DNA from: an uncultured Actinomycetota bacterium
GTDB taxonomy: Bacteria; Actinomycetota; Actinomycetes; Mycobacteriales; CADCTP01
Direction of reading: 5' to 3'
Assembly (NCBI GenBank): GCA_963770145.1
Contig: CAVYOJ010000015.1
Span: 209,636-273,635, forward strand
Length of the DNA stretch: 64,000 bases
Shown: one piece after another, positions 55,554 to 64,000 of the stretch
How positions within the stretch are numbered: position 1 is the first letter of the stretch
How the letters are laid out: each line of letters opens with the position of its first letter
Made by a program: the position numbers and the translations under genes
Notes under the pieces: model-generated
What the model saw: the letters and a program-made list of their open reading frames with translations, nothing else
What the model was told of the DNA's origin: nothing
Database searches by the model: none

Positions 55554-56327
55554 TTACTGGAGAGTAGCGCGTTCGGATGCGGCGTCGTCCACCGCCGGCA
55601 GCAGCGCCTCGGCGATCAGCCGGTAGCCGTCCGCGCTGGGGTGGAACCCGTCCTCGCAGTAGGCCGCGCGGTCGGCCCGGAACACCGGCCCGACCAGCTC
55701 GGCCAGGTCGACCGGCACCCCGCCGGCGGCCCGGGTGGCCTCGGCCGAGGCGGCGGCGACCCGCCGCCCGCGCCAGGCCACGACGCTGCGCAGCGGCTGC
55801 GCGAACACCCGGCTGGCCCCGAGGTCGGGGCAGGTGCCGACGACGACCGCGGCCCCGCCGGTGAGCAGCCGGCGGACCGCGTCGCCGAGGTTGTCCCGGA
55901 CCGCTCCCAGCGCGGTGCCCGAGGTCGCATCGGTGGTGCCGACCAGCAGCACGGCCACGTCCGGACGGCCCAGCAGCGCCCGCGACACCTGCGGGCCGAG
56001 GTCGCCGGTGCCGGAGCCGGCGATCGCCGCCCCGGCCAGCCGGACCCGGCGGGTCGGGCCGGCCAGCCGCCGGGCCAGCACGCCGCCGACGGTGTCCTCG
56101 GTGCGGGTCACGCCGACGCCGGCGCCGGTGGAGTCGCCGAGCATGACCAGCCGCAGCCGCTCGCCGCCGGGATCGCCGAAGTCGCCCTCGACCGGCGGTG
56201 CGGACCCGGCCGAGGCGTACCGCCGGCGGGCCGCGGCCCAGACCTCGGCGGCGAGCACACCGGCGCCGGCACCGGCGGCCGCGACCATGCCCCCGAGGGC
56301 TCCGCGGGTCAACCGGTTCGGGTCCAC
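55554..56327 (-). CDS. SGNH/GDSL family hydrolase
   Basis: MLGDSTGAG block I, VGTTD block III, DGFHPS block V. Confidence 0.88.
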   Translation of the reverse strand: MDPNRLTRGALGGMVAAAGAGAGVLAAEVWAAARRRYASAGSAPPVEGDFGDPGGERLRLVMLGDSTGAGVGVTRTEDTVGGVLARRLAGPTRRVRLAGAAIAGSGTGDLGPQVSRALLGRPDVAVLLVGTTDATSGTALGAVRDNLGDAVRRLLTGGAAVVVGTCPDLGASRVFAQPLRSVVAWRGRRVAAASAEATRAAGGVPVDLAELVGPVFRADRAAYCEDGFHPSADGYRLIAEALLPAVDDAASERATLQ

Positions 56328-56454
56328 GTGACCAGATTACGTGCTCGGCAGCGGCCCGCCGCCCGGCCGAGCCGATCCGCGCCCGGGCGCCTCCGTGCCG
56401 CTGAGTAGGGTGGTTCCGGTACCGCGGTGGGTGGTCGACGGGAGGCTCTTTCTC

Positions 56455-57744
56455 ATGGTGCAGCGCACGCTCAACGACGCGCTGGCGGGCCACAAGGACG
56501 AGCGCGTCGTGCTGCGCGGCTGGGTGCACCGGCGGCGCCGGCTGTCCGCGGTGTCGTTCCTGATCCTGCGCGACCGCACCGGCCTGGCCCAGATCGTGAT
56601 CAGCGACGACGCGACCAGGGCGCAGCTGGACGAGCTGCCCGAGGAGACCGTGGTCGAGGTCGAGGGCACGGTCACCGCCAACGACAAGGCGCCCGGCGGC
56701 TTCGAGGTCACCGCGCCGTCGATCGCCGCGCTGTCCGACCCGGCCGAGACGCCGCCGGTGGAGCTGTGGCGGCCGGCGATGACGGCCACCCTGCCGGTGC
56801 TGCTCGACCACGCCCCGGTGCTCTGGCGGCACCCGGCCCAGGCGGCGTACTGGCGGCTGGCGGCGGCGTCGCTGCGCGGCTTCCGCCGGACACTCGACGA
56901 GCAGGGCTTCACCGAGATCCTGACCCCGAAGATCGTGGTCAGCTCCACCGAGTCCGGCGCCAACCTGTTCTCGGTCGACTACTTCGACCGCAAGGCGTTC
57001 CTGGCCCAGTCGCCGCAGTTCTACAAGCAGACGATGGTCGGCGTCTTCGAGCGGGTGTACGAGACCGGGCCGGTGTTCCGGGCCGAGCCGCACGACACCG
57101 TGCGGCACCTGTCCGAATACAGCTCGCTCGACGTCGAGCTCGGCTTCATCCAGGACCACCGGGACGTCATCCGCGTGCTGCGCGACGTCGTCGCCGGCAT
57201 GGTGGCCGAGATCCGCGCGAGCGCCGAGCCCGCGGCCGAGCTGGCGAAGGCCAGCCTGCCCGAGGTGCCGGCCGAGATCCCGGTGGTGCACTTCAGCGAG
57301 GCGCTGCGGATCGCCGGCGCCGACCCGAACGAGCCCGACCTGTCGCCGGAGGACGAGCGGGCGCTCGGGCGCTGGGCCCGGCAGGAGTTCGGCTCGGACT
57401 TCCTCGCGGTCGAGGGCTACCCGGCGGCCAAGCGGCCGTTCTACACCCACCCGCAGCCGGACGAGCCGCGCTGGACCAACTCGTTCGACATCATCTTCCG
57501 CGGGCTGGAGCTGTGCACCGGCGGCCAGCGGCTGCACCGGTACGAGGACTACGTGACCGCGCTCACCGCCCGCGGCGAGAACATCGAGCTGTACGAGGGC
57601 TACCTGGAGCCGTTCCGGCACGGCATGCCGCCGCACGGTGGCTTCGCGATCGGGCTGGAGCGCTGGGTGGCCCGGCTGGTGGAGGCGGACAACATCCGCT
57701 CGGTCACGCTGTTCCCGCGGGACATCCACCGCCTCGCGCCGTAG
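56455..57744 (+). CDS. aspS: Archaeal-type, probably non-discriminating aspartate--tRNA(Asp/Asn) ligase
   Basis: About 429 aa, OB-fold FLILRDRTG, APGGFE, LAQSPQFYKQ, FRAE, GMPPHGGFAIGLER, LFPRD; no GAD insertion. Confidence 0.92.
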   Translation: MVQRTLNDALAGHKDERVVLRGWVHRRRRLSAVSFLILRDRTGLAQIVISDDATRAQLDELPEETVVEVEGTVTANDKAPGGFEVTAPSIAALSDPAETPPVELWRPAMTATLPVLLDHAPVLWRHPAQAAYWRLAAASLRGFRRTLDEQGFTEILTPKIVVSSTESGANLFSVDYFDRKAFLAQSPQFYKQTMVGVFERVYETGPVFRAEPHDTVRHLSEYSSLDVELGFIQDHRDVIRVLRDVVAGMVAEIRASAEPAAELAKASLPEVPAEIPVVHFSEALRIAGADPNEPDLSPEDERALGRWARQEFGSDFLAVEGYPAAKRPFYTHPQPDEPRWTNSFDIIFRGLELCTGGQRLHRYEDYVTALTARGENIELYEGYLEPFRHGMPPHGGFAIGLERWVARLVEADNIRSVTLFPRDIHRLAP

Positions 57745-57766
57745 GGGGCCGTGGGGAGCGCCGCGG

Positions 57767-57793
57767 GGAATGCTTCCCCGGGAGGGAATGTTG
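57767..57793 (+). promoter_or_regulatory. SigR/SigH-type promoter GGAAT-N18-GTTG
   Basis: GGAAT 57767-57771, exactly 18 nt, GTTG 57790-57793, upstream of the YceI gene. Confidence 0.7.
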
Positions 57794-57798
57794 CCGGG

Positions 57799-57830
57799 GC
57801 CGAGATACTTGACTGAACAAGTATCTCGGC
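57799..57830. promoter_or_regulatory. Perfect 13-bp inverted repeat, candidate repressor operator or leader hairpin
   Basis: GCCGAGATACTTG-actgaa-CAAGTATCTCGGC. Confidence 0.6.
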
Positions 57831-57870
57831 AGCGGCCGTCACGAGGGCGGCCCGAGACCCGGAGGAATGA

Positions 57871-58440
57871 ATGTCCGCTCCGACCACTGTCGATCTCACC
57901 GGCACCTGGGACGTCGACCCGTCGCACACCCGCCTCGGCTTCGCCGCGCGGCACGCGATGGTCGCCACCGTCCGCGGTGGGTTCGACGTGTTCTCCGGCA
58001 CGATCGTGATCGACCACAAGAACCCGGCGGCCTCCTCGGCCGAGGTCGAGATCGACACGGCCAGCATCTCGACCGGCAACGAGCAGCGCGACCAGCACCT
58101 GCGTAGCGCCGACTTCCTCGACGTCGAGAACTTCCCGAAGATCATTTTCAAGAGCACGTCGGCCGAGGAGATCGACGCCGACACATACAAGCTGGTCGGC
58201 GACCTGACGATCAAGGACGAGAGCCACCCGGTCACGCTGGAGCTCGACTACCAGGGCTCGTCGCCCGACCCGTTCGGCAACACCCGCGCCGGGTTCGAGG
58301 GCAAGACCACGGTCAACCGCAAGGACTGGGGCCTGACCTGGAACGTCGCCATCGAGGGCGGCGGCATCCTGGTCGGTGAGAAGGTCAAGCTGGAGCTGGA
58401 CGTCTCCGCGATCAAGCGCGTCACCCCGGACGCCGAGTAA
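57871..58440 (+). CDS. YceI family protein
   Basis: WDVDPSHTRLGFAARH, RDQHLRSADF, GDLTIK, NRKDWGLTWN. Confidence 0.93.
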   Translation: MSAPTTVDLTGTWDVDPSHTRLGFAARHAMVATVRGGFDVFSGTIVIDHKNPAASSAEVEIDTASISTGNEQRDQHLRSADFLDVENFPKIIFKSTSAEEIDADTYKLVGDLTIKDESHPVTLELDYQGSSPDPFGNTRAGFEGKTTVNRKDWGLTWNVAIEGGGILVGEKVKLELDVSAIKRVTPDAE

Positions 58441-58455
58441 GCACGTCCTCGTCGC

Positions 58456-58487
58456 CGATCCCGGTCAGGTCACTGACCGGGATCGAC
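58456..58487 (+). terminator. Hairpin terminator after the YceI gene
   Basis: CGATCCCGGTCAG-gtca-CTGACCGGGATCG. Confidence 0.75.
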
Positions 58488-58573
58488 GTGTATCCGGGCC
58501 CGGGTGAGCAGGCCAACCCGTAGGTCGGGCCCGAGGCGGCAGTCCAGTGCGGCCGCCCCAGCGGCGATGCCTA

Positions 58574-58732
58574 CGACCGGGCCGAGGGCCGCGGCGGCGC
58601 AGCCGGTCAGAGCGCCTCCTCGGCGGGCACCGGGTCGGCGACCGGGCGAGGGCTGCGGCCGCGCAGCCGGGTCAGAGCGCTTCCTCGGCGGGCACCGGGT
58701 CGGCGACCGGGCGAGGGCTGCGGCGGCGCAGC
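58574..58732. repeat. About 65-bp tandem duplication (about 2.5 copies) of the SGNH gene 3' end
   Basis: 58607-58667 nearly identical to 58672-58732, both encoding SPRPVADPVPAEEAL-stop; degenerate part-copy at 58574-58606. Confidence 0.9.
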
Positions 58733-59681
58733 AGGGCCCACCGGCCGCGCGGGCCGCGCTCCCGGCCGTGCACGTCGCCGCCGCTGACCTCGCTGCCGGC
58801 CCGGCCGGCGGCGCGGGCCGCGGCCGAGGCGACCGGGCTGGCGTCGGCCAGCGAGAACAGCCGCCGGTCGGTCACCGCGTCGGTCTCCTCCGGCCACAGC
58901 CCGACCGCCGCGCACACCGACGGCAGCGTCACCGCGACCGCCGCCGCGTAGCCGGCCGCGGACGGGTGGAACCGGTCGGCGCTGAACAGCTCCTTCGGCC
59001 GGGCCGCGAACTCCGGGCCGAGCACGTCGCCGAGCGAGACGGTGCGGCCGCCGGCCTCGACCACCGCGATCGTCTGGGCCGCGGCGAGCTGCCGGCTCCA
59101 GACCCGGGCCACCAGCCGCAACGGCTGCAGGATCGGCTCGACCGTGCCGAGGTCGGGGCAGGTGCAGACGACGACCTCGGCGCCCTCGGCCCGCAGCCGG
59201 CGTACCGCCCGGCCGAGGTGCTGGACCGCCTCCGACGGGCGGGTCCGCGAGGTCACGTCGTTGGTGCCGATCATGATCACGACGACGTCCGGGTGGTGTG
59301 GGCGGATCTTCTCGATCTGCTCCAGCAGGTTGATCGAGCGGGCGCCGACCCGGGCCGCGGTGACCAGCTGCACCGGCCGGCCGGGCCGCCTCGGCCAGCC
59401 CGGTGGCGAGCAGCACCCCCGGGGTCTGCCAGGTCTCCTGCACGCCGAGCCCGCCGGCGCTGGAGTCGCCGAGCACGCCCATCGTCAGCGGCCGGCCGCC
59501 GACCGTTGCCGTACATGCCGTCGCCGACCGGCGGGGTCGCGCTGGGTGGCCCGACCACCCGGCGGGCCAGCTTGGCCTGGCCGAGCAGCAGCCCCCAGCA
59601 GGCGGAGACGATCAGGCCGAGGCCGCCACCGCCGTACGCGGCCGCGGCGGCCATCCGCCGGGCCCGGGAAGCCCGACTCAC
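58672..59681 (-). CDS. SGNH/GDSL family hydrolase (frameshifts near 59495 and 59385)
   Basis: AAAAAYGGGG N-terminus, VLGDSSAGG, IGTNDVT, DRFHPS; usual neighbour of cbs. Confidence 0.88.
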
Positions 59682-59756
59682 CGGTCCCGCTCCTCCGCCG
59701 GGCGCCAGGCGCGAGGGCCGGGCGGCCGGGCCCTGTCGCCTGGCGCCCGCGCGCGC

Positions 59757-60440
59757 TCACTGCTGGTGTCCCAGCGCGAGCGCCCGTACGGCGGCTCGGG
59801 CGTCCCGGCGCAGCTCCGGGCCGTGCGCGAACGCGGCCACCTCGAAGTCGAGCTCGCCGAGCTGGTCGGCCGACTGCCGGTTGCGGTCGGCGTCGGTGCA
59901 GAGGAATCCCGGCGCGTAGTGCACCCCGCGCACGTTGATCACCGCGTCGCCGGTGAACAGCACGCCGCTGTCCTCGTGCAGCAGCGCGGTGTGGCCGGGG
60001 GAGTGGCCGGGGGTGTGCACCGCGCGCAGGCCGCCGGGCAGCAACGCGCCGTGCTGGAACTCGGTGGTCACGATGACCTTGGGGAACCCGCGGCTGCGGC
60101 CGCGCCGGATCCGCGGGCTGCGTCCGTCGCGCAGGTAGACCGACTCCCGCTCGTGCGCCAGCACCTCGCAGCCGGTCTGCTCGACCAGCGCGGCCAGCCC
60201 ACCGACGTGGTCCGGGTGGGCGTGGGTGACCACGACCCGCCGCACGTCCGCCGGCGCGGCGCCGATCGCCGCCAGGCCGGCCACCAGCCGCTTGCGGGCC
60301 AGCGCGAGCTTCAGACCGGCGTCGACGATCGTCACGCCGCCGTCGGACCCGACCAGGGCGAACGAGTTGATCATGTCGCCCGGGGCCGTGGGGATCCGCC
60401 ACACCCCGTCCGCGAGCCGGACCGCAGCCTCCTTCGCCAC
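59757..60440 (-). CDS. MBL-fold metallo-hydrolase
   Basis: THAHPDHVGG, HTPGHSPGH, FTGD, FAHG. Confidence 0.92.
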   Translation of the reverse strand: MAKEAAVRLADGVWRIPTAPGDMINSFALVGSDGGVTIVDAGLKLALARKRLVAGLAAIGAAPADVRRVVVTHAHPDHVGGLAALVEQTGCEVLAHERESVYLRDGRSPRIRRGRSRGFPKVIVTTEFQHGALLPGGLRAVHTPGHSPGHTALLHEDSGVLFTGDAVINVRGVHYAPGFLCTDADRNRQSADQLGELDFEVAAFAHGPELRRDARAAVRALALGHQQ

Positions 60441-60559
60441 TCGCCACCTCCGCCCGCGAGGTTAGTCGAGACGACCGACCGATTTGTGGCCGGACCGGGT
60501 GATCCCGCCCGCCCGGACTGCCCGGCGCCGGGAGCAGGCAGGTCTGCCATCCTGACCCG

Positions 60560-61930
60560 ATGGAGATGCAGTACGCCCGGTCGATGGTCGAGCTGATCGG
60601 CGGCACCCCGCTGGTGAAGCTGTCCGCGGTGACCGCCGGCCTGGCCCCGCTGGTGCTGGCGAAGGTCGAGTACTTCAACCCCGGCGGGTCGGTGAAGGAC
60701 CGGATCGCGCTGCGGATGATCGAGGCGGCGGAGCGGTCCGGCGAGCTCCGGCCGGGCGGCACGATCGTCGAGCCGACCAGCGGCAACACCGGGGTCGGGC
60801 TGGCCATCGTGGCGCAGACCCGCGGCTACCGGTGCGTGTTCGTCTGCCCGGACAAGGTGTCGACCGACAAGATCAACGTGCTCCGCGCGTACGGGGCGGA
60901 GGTCGTGGTCTGCCCGACCGCGGTGCCGCCGGAGCACCCGGAGTCCTACTACAACGTCTCCGAACGGCTGGTCCAGGAGATCGACGGCGCCTGGAAGCCC
61001 AACCAGTACGTCAACCCCAACAACCCGCTCTCGCACTACGAGTCGACCGGTCCCGAGCTGTGGGCGCAGACCGGCGGGCGGATCACCCACTTCGTCACCG
61101 GCCTCGGCACCGGCGGGACGGTCAGCGGCGCCGGTCGCTACCTCAAGGAGGTCTCCGACGGGCGGGTCCTGGTGGTCGGCGCCGACCCGCAGGGCTCGGT
61201 CTACTCCGGCGGCACCGGCCGGCCGTACCTGGTGGAGGGCGTCGGCGAGGACTTCTGGCCGGAGACGTACGACCGGTCGATCTGCGACGAGATCGTCGCG
61301 ATCAGCGACGCGGACTCGTTCGAGATGACCCGGCGGCTGGCCCGCGAGGAGGGGCTGCTGGTCGGCGGCTCGTGCGGGATGGCGGTGGCGGCGGCGCTGC
61401 AGGTGGCCGCGCGCGGCGAGGCCGACGACGTGATCGTCGTGCTGCTGCCCGACGGCGGCCGCGGCTACCTGTCGAAGATCTTCAACGACGACTGGATGGC
61501 CGACTTCGGCTTCCTGCGGACGACCAAGCTGGCGACCGTGGCCGACGTGCTGCGGGAGAAGACGCAGGGCATGCCGTCGCTGGTGCACGCGCACCCGCAG
61601 GACACGGTCCGGGAGGCCATCGACATCCTGCGCGAATACCACGTGTCCCAGATGCCGGTGGTCAAGGCCGAGCCGCCGGTGGCGATCGCCGAGGTGGTCG
61701 GCTCGGTGGTGGAGCGCGACCTGCTCGAGCTGCTGTTCACCGGGCACGCCCGGCTGGCCGACCCGCTGGAGCCGCACATGTCCCCGCCGCTGCCGGTGGT
61801 CGGCGCCGGCGAGCCGGTCGACGCGGCGGTCACCGCGCTGGAGAAGGCCGACGCCGCGGTCGTGCTGGCCGACGGCCGGCCGGCCGGCGTGCTCACCCGG
61901 CAGGACCTGCTCACCCACCTGTCCCGTTGA
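60560..61930 (+). CDS. cbs: Cystathionine beta-synthase (with CBS domains)
   Basis: NPGGSVKDR, PTSGNTG, GTGGT, GRGYLSKIFND, C-terminal CBS pair. Confidence 0.95.
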   Translation: MEMQYARSMVELIGGTPLVKLSAVTAGLAPLVLAKVEYFNPGGSVKDRIALRMIEAAERSGELRPGGTIVEPTSGNTGVGLAIVAQTRGYRCVFVCPDKVSTDKINVLRAYGAEVVVCPTAVPPEHPESYYNVSERLVQEIDGAWKPNQYVNPNNPLSHYESTGPELWAQTGGRITHFVTGLGTGGTVSGAGRYLKEVSDGRVLVVGADPQGSVYSGGTGRPYLVEGVGEDFWPETYDRSICDEIVAISDADSFEMTRRLAREEGLLVGGSCGMAVAAALQVAARGEADDVIVVLLPDGGRGYLSKIFNDDWMADFGFLRTTKLATVADVLREKTQGMPSLVHAHPQDTVREAIDILREYHVSQMPVVKAEPPVAIAEVVGSVVERDLLELLFTGHARLADPLEPHMSPPLPVVGAGEPVDAAVTALEKADAAVVLADGRPAGVLTRQDLLTHLSR

Positions 61931-61993
61931 GGCCTCCCGCTGCGTGTGTCTGCCCGGTTAGCGTTGTGAACGGGGTCACAGGGAGGGGTTGGC

Positions 61994-63784
61994 GTGACTG
62001 AGCTGGATGCGGGCCCGACCGTTGCGGACTGGCTGCGGCGCAACGTCGCCGAGAACGGCGACGAGGTCGCCCTGCGGCGGATGCGCCCCGACGGGACCGG
62101 GCTGGAGGAGTGGACCTGGGCCGAGGTCGGCGACCGGTCGGCCCGGCTGGCGGCCGCGTTCACCCGGCTCGGCCTCGGCCGGGGCGAGCGGATGCTGCTG
62201 TTCCTGCGCAACCGGCCCGAGTTCCACGTCGCCGACCTCGGCGCGCTGCTCGCCGGCGGCACCCCGCTGTCGATCTACAACTCCTCGGCGCCCGAGCAGG
62301 TCGCCCAGCTGGCCGGGCACAGCCGGTCCCGGATCGCGGTGGTCGAGGACATCGAGTTCCTGGAGCGGCTGCTCAAGGTCCGCGACGAGCTGCCCGAGCT
62401 GCGCGCGGTCGTGGTCGTCGACGACCCGGACGGCCTGCGCCCGCCGGACGTGCACCTGCTCGCCGACCTGTACGGGGACGAGCCGGTCGAGCTCGCCGCC
62501 GCGGCGGCCGCGGTCCGCCCCGAGGACGTGGCCACGATCATCTACACCTCGGGCACGACCGGCCCGCCGAAGGGCGTGATGCTCACCAACGCCAACATCC
62601 GGGCGCAGTGCGTCGGCTACATGGCGCTGGTCGGGTCGACCCCGGACCGGCGCACCGTGTCGTACCTGCCGATGGCGCACGTGGCCGAGCGGATGGTGAC
62701 CCACTACGGCTGGCTGTGGCAGCGCACCACGGTCACCTGCTGCCCGGACCAGAGCACGCTGGTCGCGTACCTGGTCCAGGTCCGGCCGACGGACCTGTTC
62801 GGTCCGCCGCGGGTGTTCGAGAAGCTCAAGGCCGGCATCGAGGCCGCGGTCGCGGCGGCCGGGCCGGCGAAGGCGGCCGGGTTCGAGCAGGCCAGGGCGG
62901 CCGGCCGGCAGGTCGCCGAGCTGCGCGCGGCCGACCGGCCACTGCCGCCGGAGCTCGCCACGGCCTGGGAGCAGCTGGACGCGGCCGTGTTCGCGCCGAT
63001 CCGCCGCAACGTCGGGCTCGACCAGCTCTACTACTGCTTCTCCGGCGCCGCCCCGCTGCCGGTCGACGTCATGCACTTCCTGCGCTCGATCGGCCTCCCG
63101 TTCTCCGAGGTGTACGGGATGAGCGAGAACACCGGCGCGATGACCTGGGAGCCGTACCGGGTGAAGCCGGGCACGGTGGGCAAGGCGCTGCCCGGGGTCG
63201 AGGTCCGCATCGCCGAGGACGGCGAGGTGCTCGCCCGCGGTGCGATCGTCTCGCCCGGCTACCTGGACGACCCGGAGCGCAGCGCGGAGACCTTCGACGC
63301 CGACGGCTGGCTGCACACCGGCGACATCGGCAGCCTGGACGAGGACGGCTACCTGTCGATCCTGGACCGCAAGAAGGAGCTGATCATCACCGCCGGCGGC
63401 AAGAACATCTCGCCGGCGAACCTGGAGGCGCTGCTCAAGTCGCTGCCGCTGGTCGGCCAGGCCTGCGTGGTCGGCGACGGGCGGCGCTACCTGGTCGCGC
63501 TGCTCGTGCTCGACCCCGAGGTCGCGCCCGGTTGGGCCGAGCGGCAGGGCCTGCCGGCCGGGCTGGCCGAGCTGGCCGCAGCCGCCGAGGTCAGGGCCGA
63601 GCTGGAACGCGGCGTGGCCGAGATCAACGGCCGGGTCTCCCAGGTCGAGGGCATCAAGAAGTTCGCGGTCCTACCGGACGAGTGGGTGCCCGACTCGCAG
63701 CAGCTGACCGCGACGATGAAGCTCAAGCGCCGCGGCGTCCTGTCCGCCTACGCTCCGGTGATCGAGTCGCTCTACGCGGACTGA
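61994..63784 (+). CDS. Long-chain fatty acid--CoA ligase (AMP-dependent synthetase)
   Basis: YTSGTTGPPKG, YGMSE, GWLHTGDIG, DRKKELIITAGGKN. Confidence 0.93.
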   Translation: MTELDAGPTVADWLRRNVAENGDEVALRRMRPDGTGLEEWTWAEVGDRSARLAAAFTRLGLGRGERMLLFLRNRPEFHVADLGALLAGGTPLSIYNSSAPEQVAQLAGHSRSRIAVVEDIEFLERLLKVRDELPELRAVVVVDDPDGLRPPDVHLLADLYGDEPVELAAAAAAVRPEDVATIIYTSGTTGPPKGVMLTNANIRAQCVGYMALVGSTPDRRTVSYLPMAHVAERMVTHYGWLWQRTTVTCCPDQSTLVAYLVQVRPTDLFGPPRVFEKLKAGIEAAVAAAGPAKAAGFEQARAAGRQVAELRAADRPLPPELATAWEQLDAAVFAPIRRNVGLDQLYYCFSGAAPLPVDVMHFLRSIGLPFSEVYGMSENTGAMTWEPYRVKPGTVGKALPGVEVRIAEDGEVLARGAIVSPGYLDDPERSAETFDADGWLHTGDIGSLDEDGYLSILDRKKELIITAGGKNISPANLEALLKSLPLVGQACVVGDGRRYLVALLVLDPEVAPGWAERQGLPAGLAELAAAAEVRAELERGVAEINGRVSQVEGIKKFAVLPDEWVPDSQQLTATMKLKRRGVLSAYAPVIESLYAD

Positions 63785-63791
63785 GCCGGGC

Positions 63792-64000
63792 GTGTCGGAC
63801 GGGCAGGAGCCGACCCACTCGGCGACCGCACCGCTGAGCACGCCGAGCTGGCTGTGGCGCAGCGAGGCGCTGACCGGTACGTCGTTCCTGGCCATGCTGC
63901 GCCGGTTGCCGGCACTGCTGGCCCGGGCCGCCCGGTGGGGCGGCAGGCGTCCCTGCGGGACACCGTGCTGGCGGTCGTGCTCACCCTGGTCGGCGGCGTG
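63792..64000 (+). CDS. Partial CDS running off the window, possibly the N-terminus of an ABC transporter
   Basis: GTG 8 nt after the upstream stop; FLAMLRRLPALLARA followed by a hydrophobic segment in a shifted frame. Confidence 0.35.
   Translation, partial: MSDGQEPTHSATAPLSTPSWLWRSEALTGTSFLAMLRRLPALLARAARWGGRRPCGTPCWRSCSPWSAA

Noticed and set aside
56405-56430. T-box-like string AGGGTGGTTCCGGTACCGCGG upstream of aspS
   Set aside because: Bulge reads UGGUUCC rather than UGGNACC, there is no downstream CGUCCC partner strand and little room for Stem I; TAGGGT is better explained as a -10 element. An Infernal T-box/aspS-motif scan would settle it.

Overview
Very high-GC actinobacterial chromosome segment. 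It carries the conserved backbone mfd - SurA-like lipoprotein - mazG - eno - ftsB/divIC - DUF501 - ppx - udgB - MoxR cluster - ndh - tRNA-Leu(UAA) and, at the right, Bax-inhibitor/YccA - thiolase - SGNH hydrolases - cbs - acyl-CoA synthetase. Between the tRNA (28464-28537) and the YccA gene lies about 24 kb of accessory genes: a decayed GNAT, an AraC/methyltransferase pair, a secreted peptidoglycan-binding protein divergent from a large AfsR-type SARP-NB-ARC-TPR regulator, a cold-shock gene, a SigG-like/ArsR/VOC/AhpD stress cluster, a GH13 glucosidase, an ECF/ZAS pair, an EF-hand protein and a UvrD-like helicase. I saw no integrase, transposase, CRISPR array or rRNA. About 15 genes, including core ones, are broken by 1-bp indels, most likely sequencing or assembly errors. 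The best candidate for an undescribed system is the 31.6-35.5 kb module: a non-catalytic secreted PG-binding protein with a TTA codon at position 5 (the only in-frame TTA I found by eye, about 3.7 kb from the cognate tRNA gene) and 11-12 bp-periodic direct repeats in a promoter shared with a STAND-class SARP activator. All calls were made by eye from motifs; no database searches were run.
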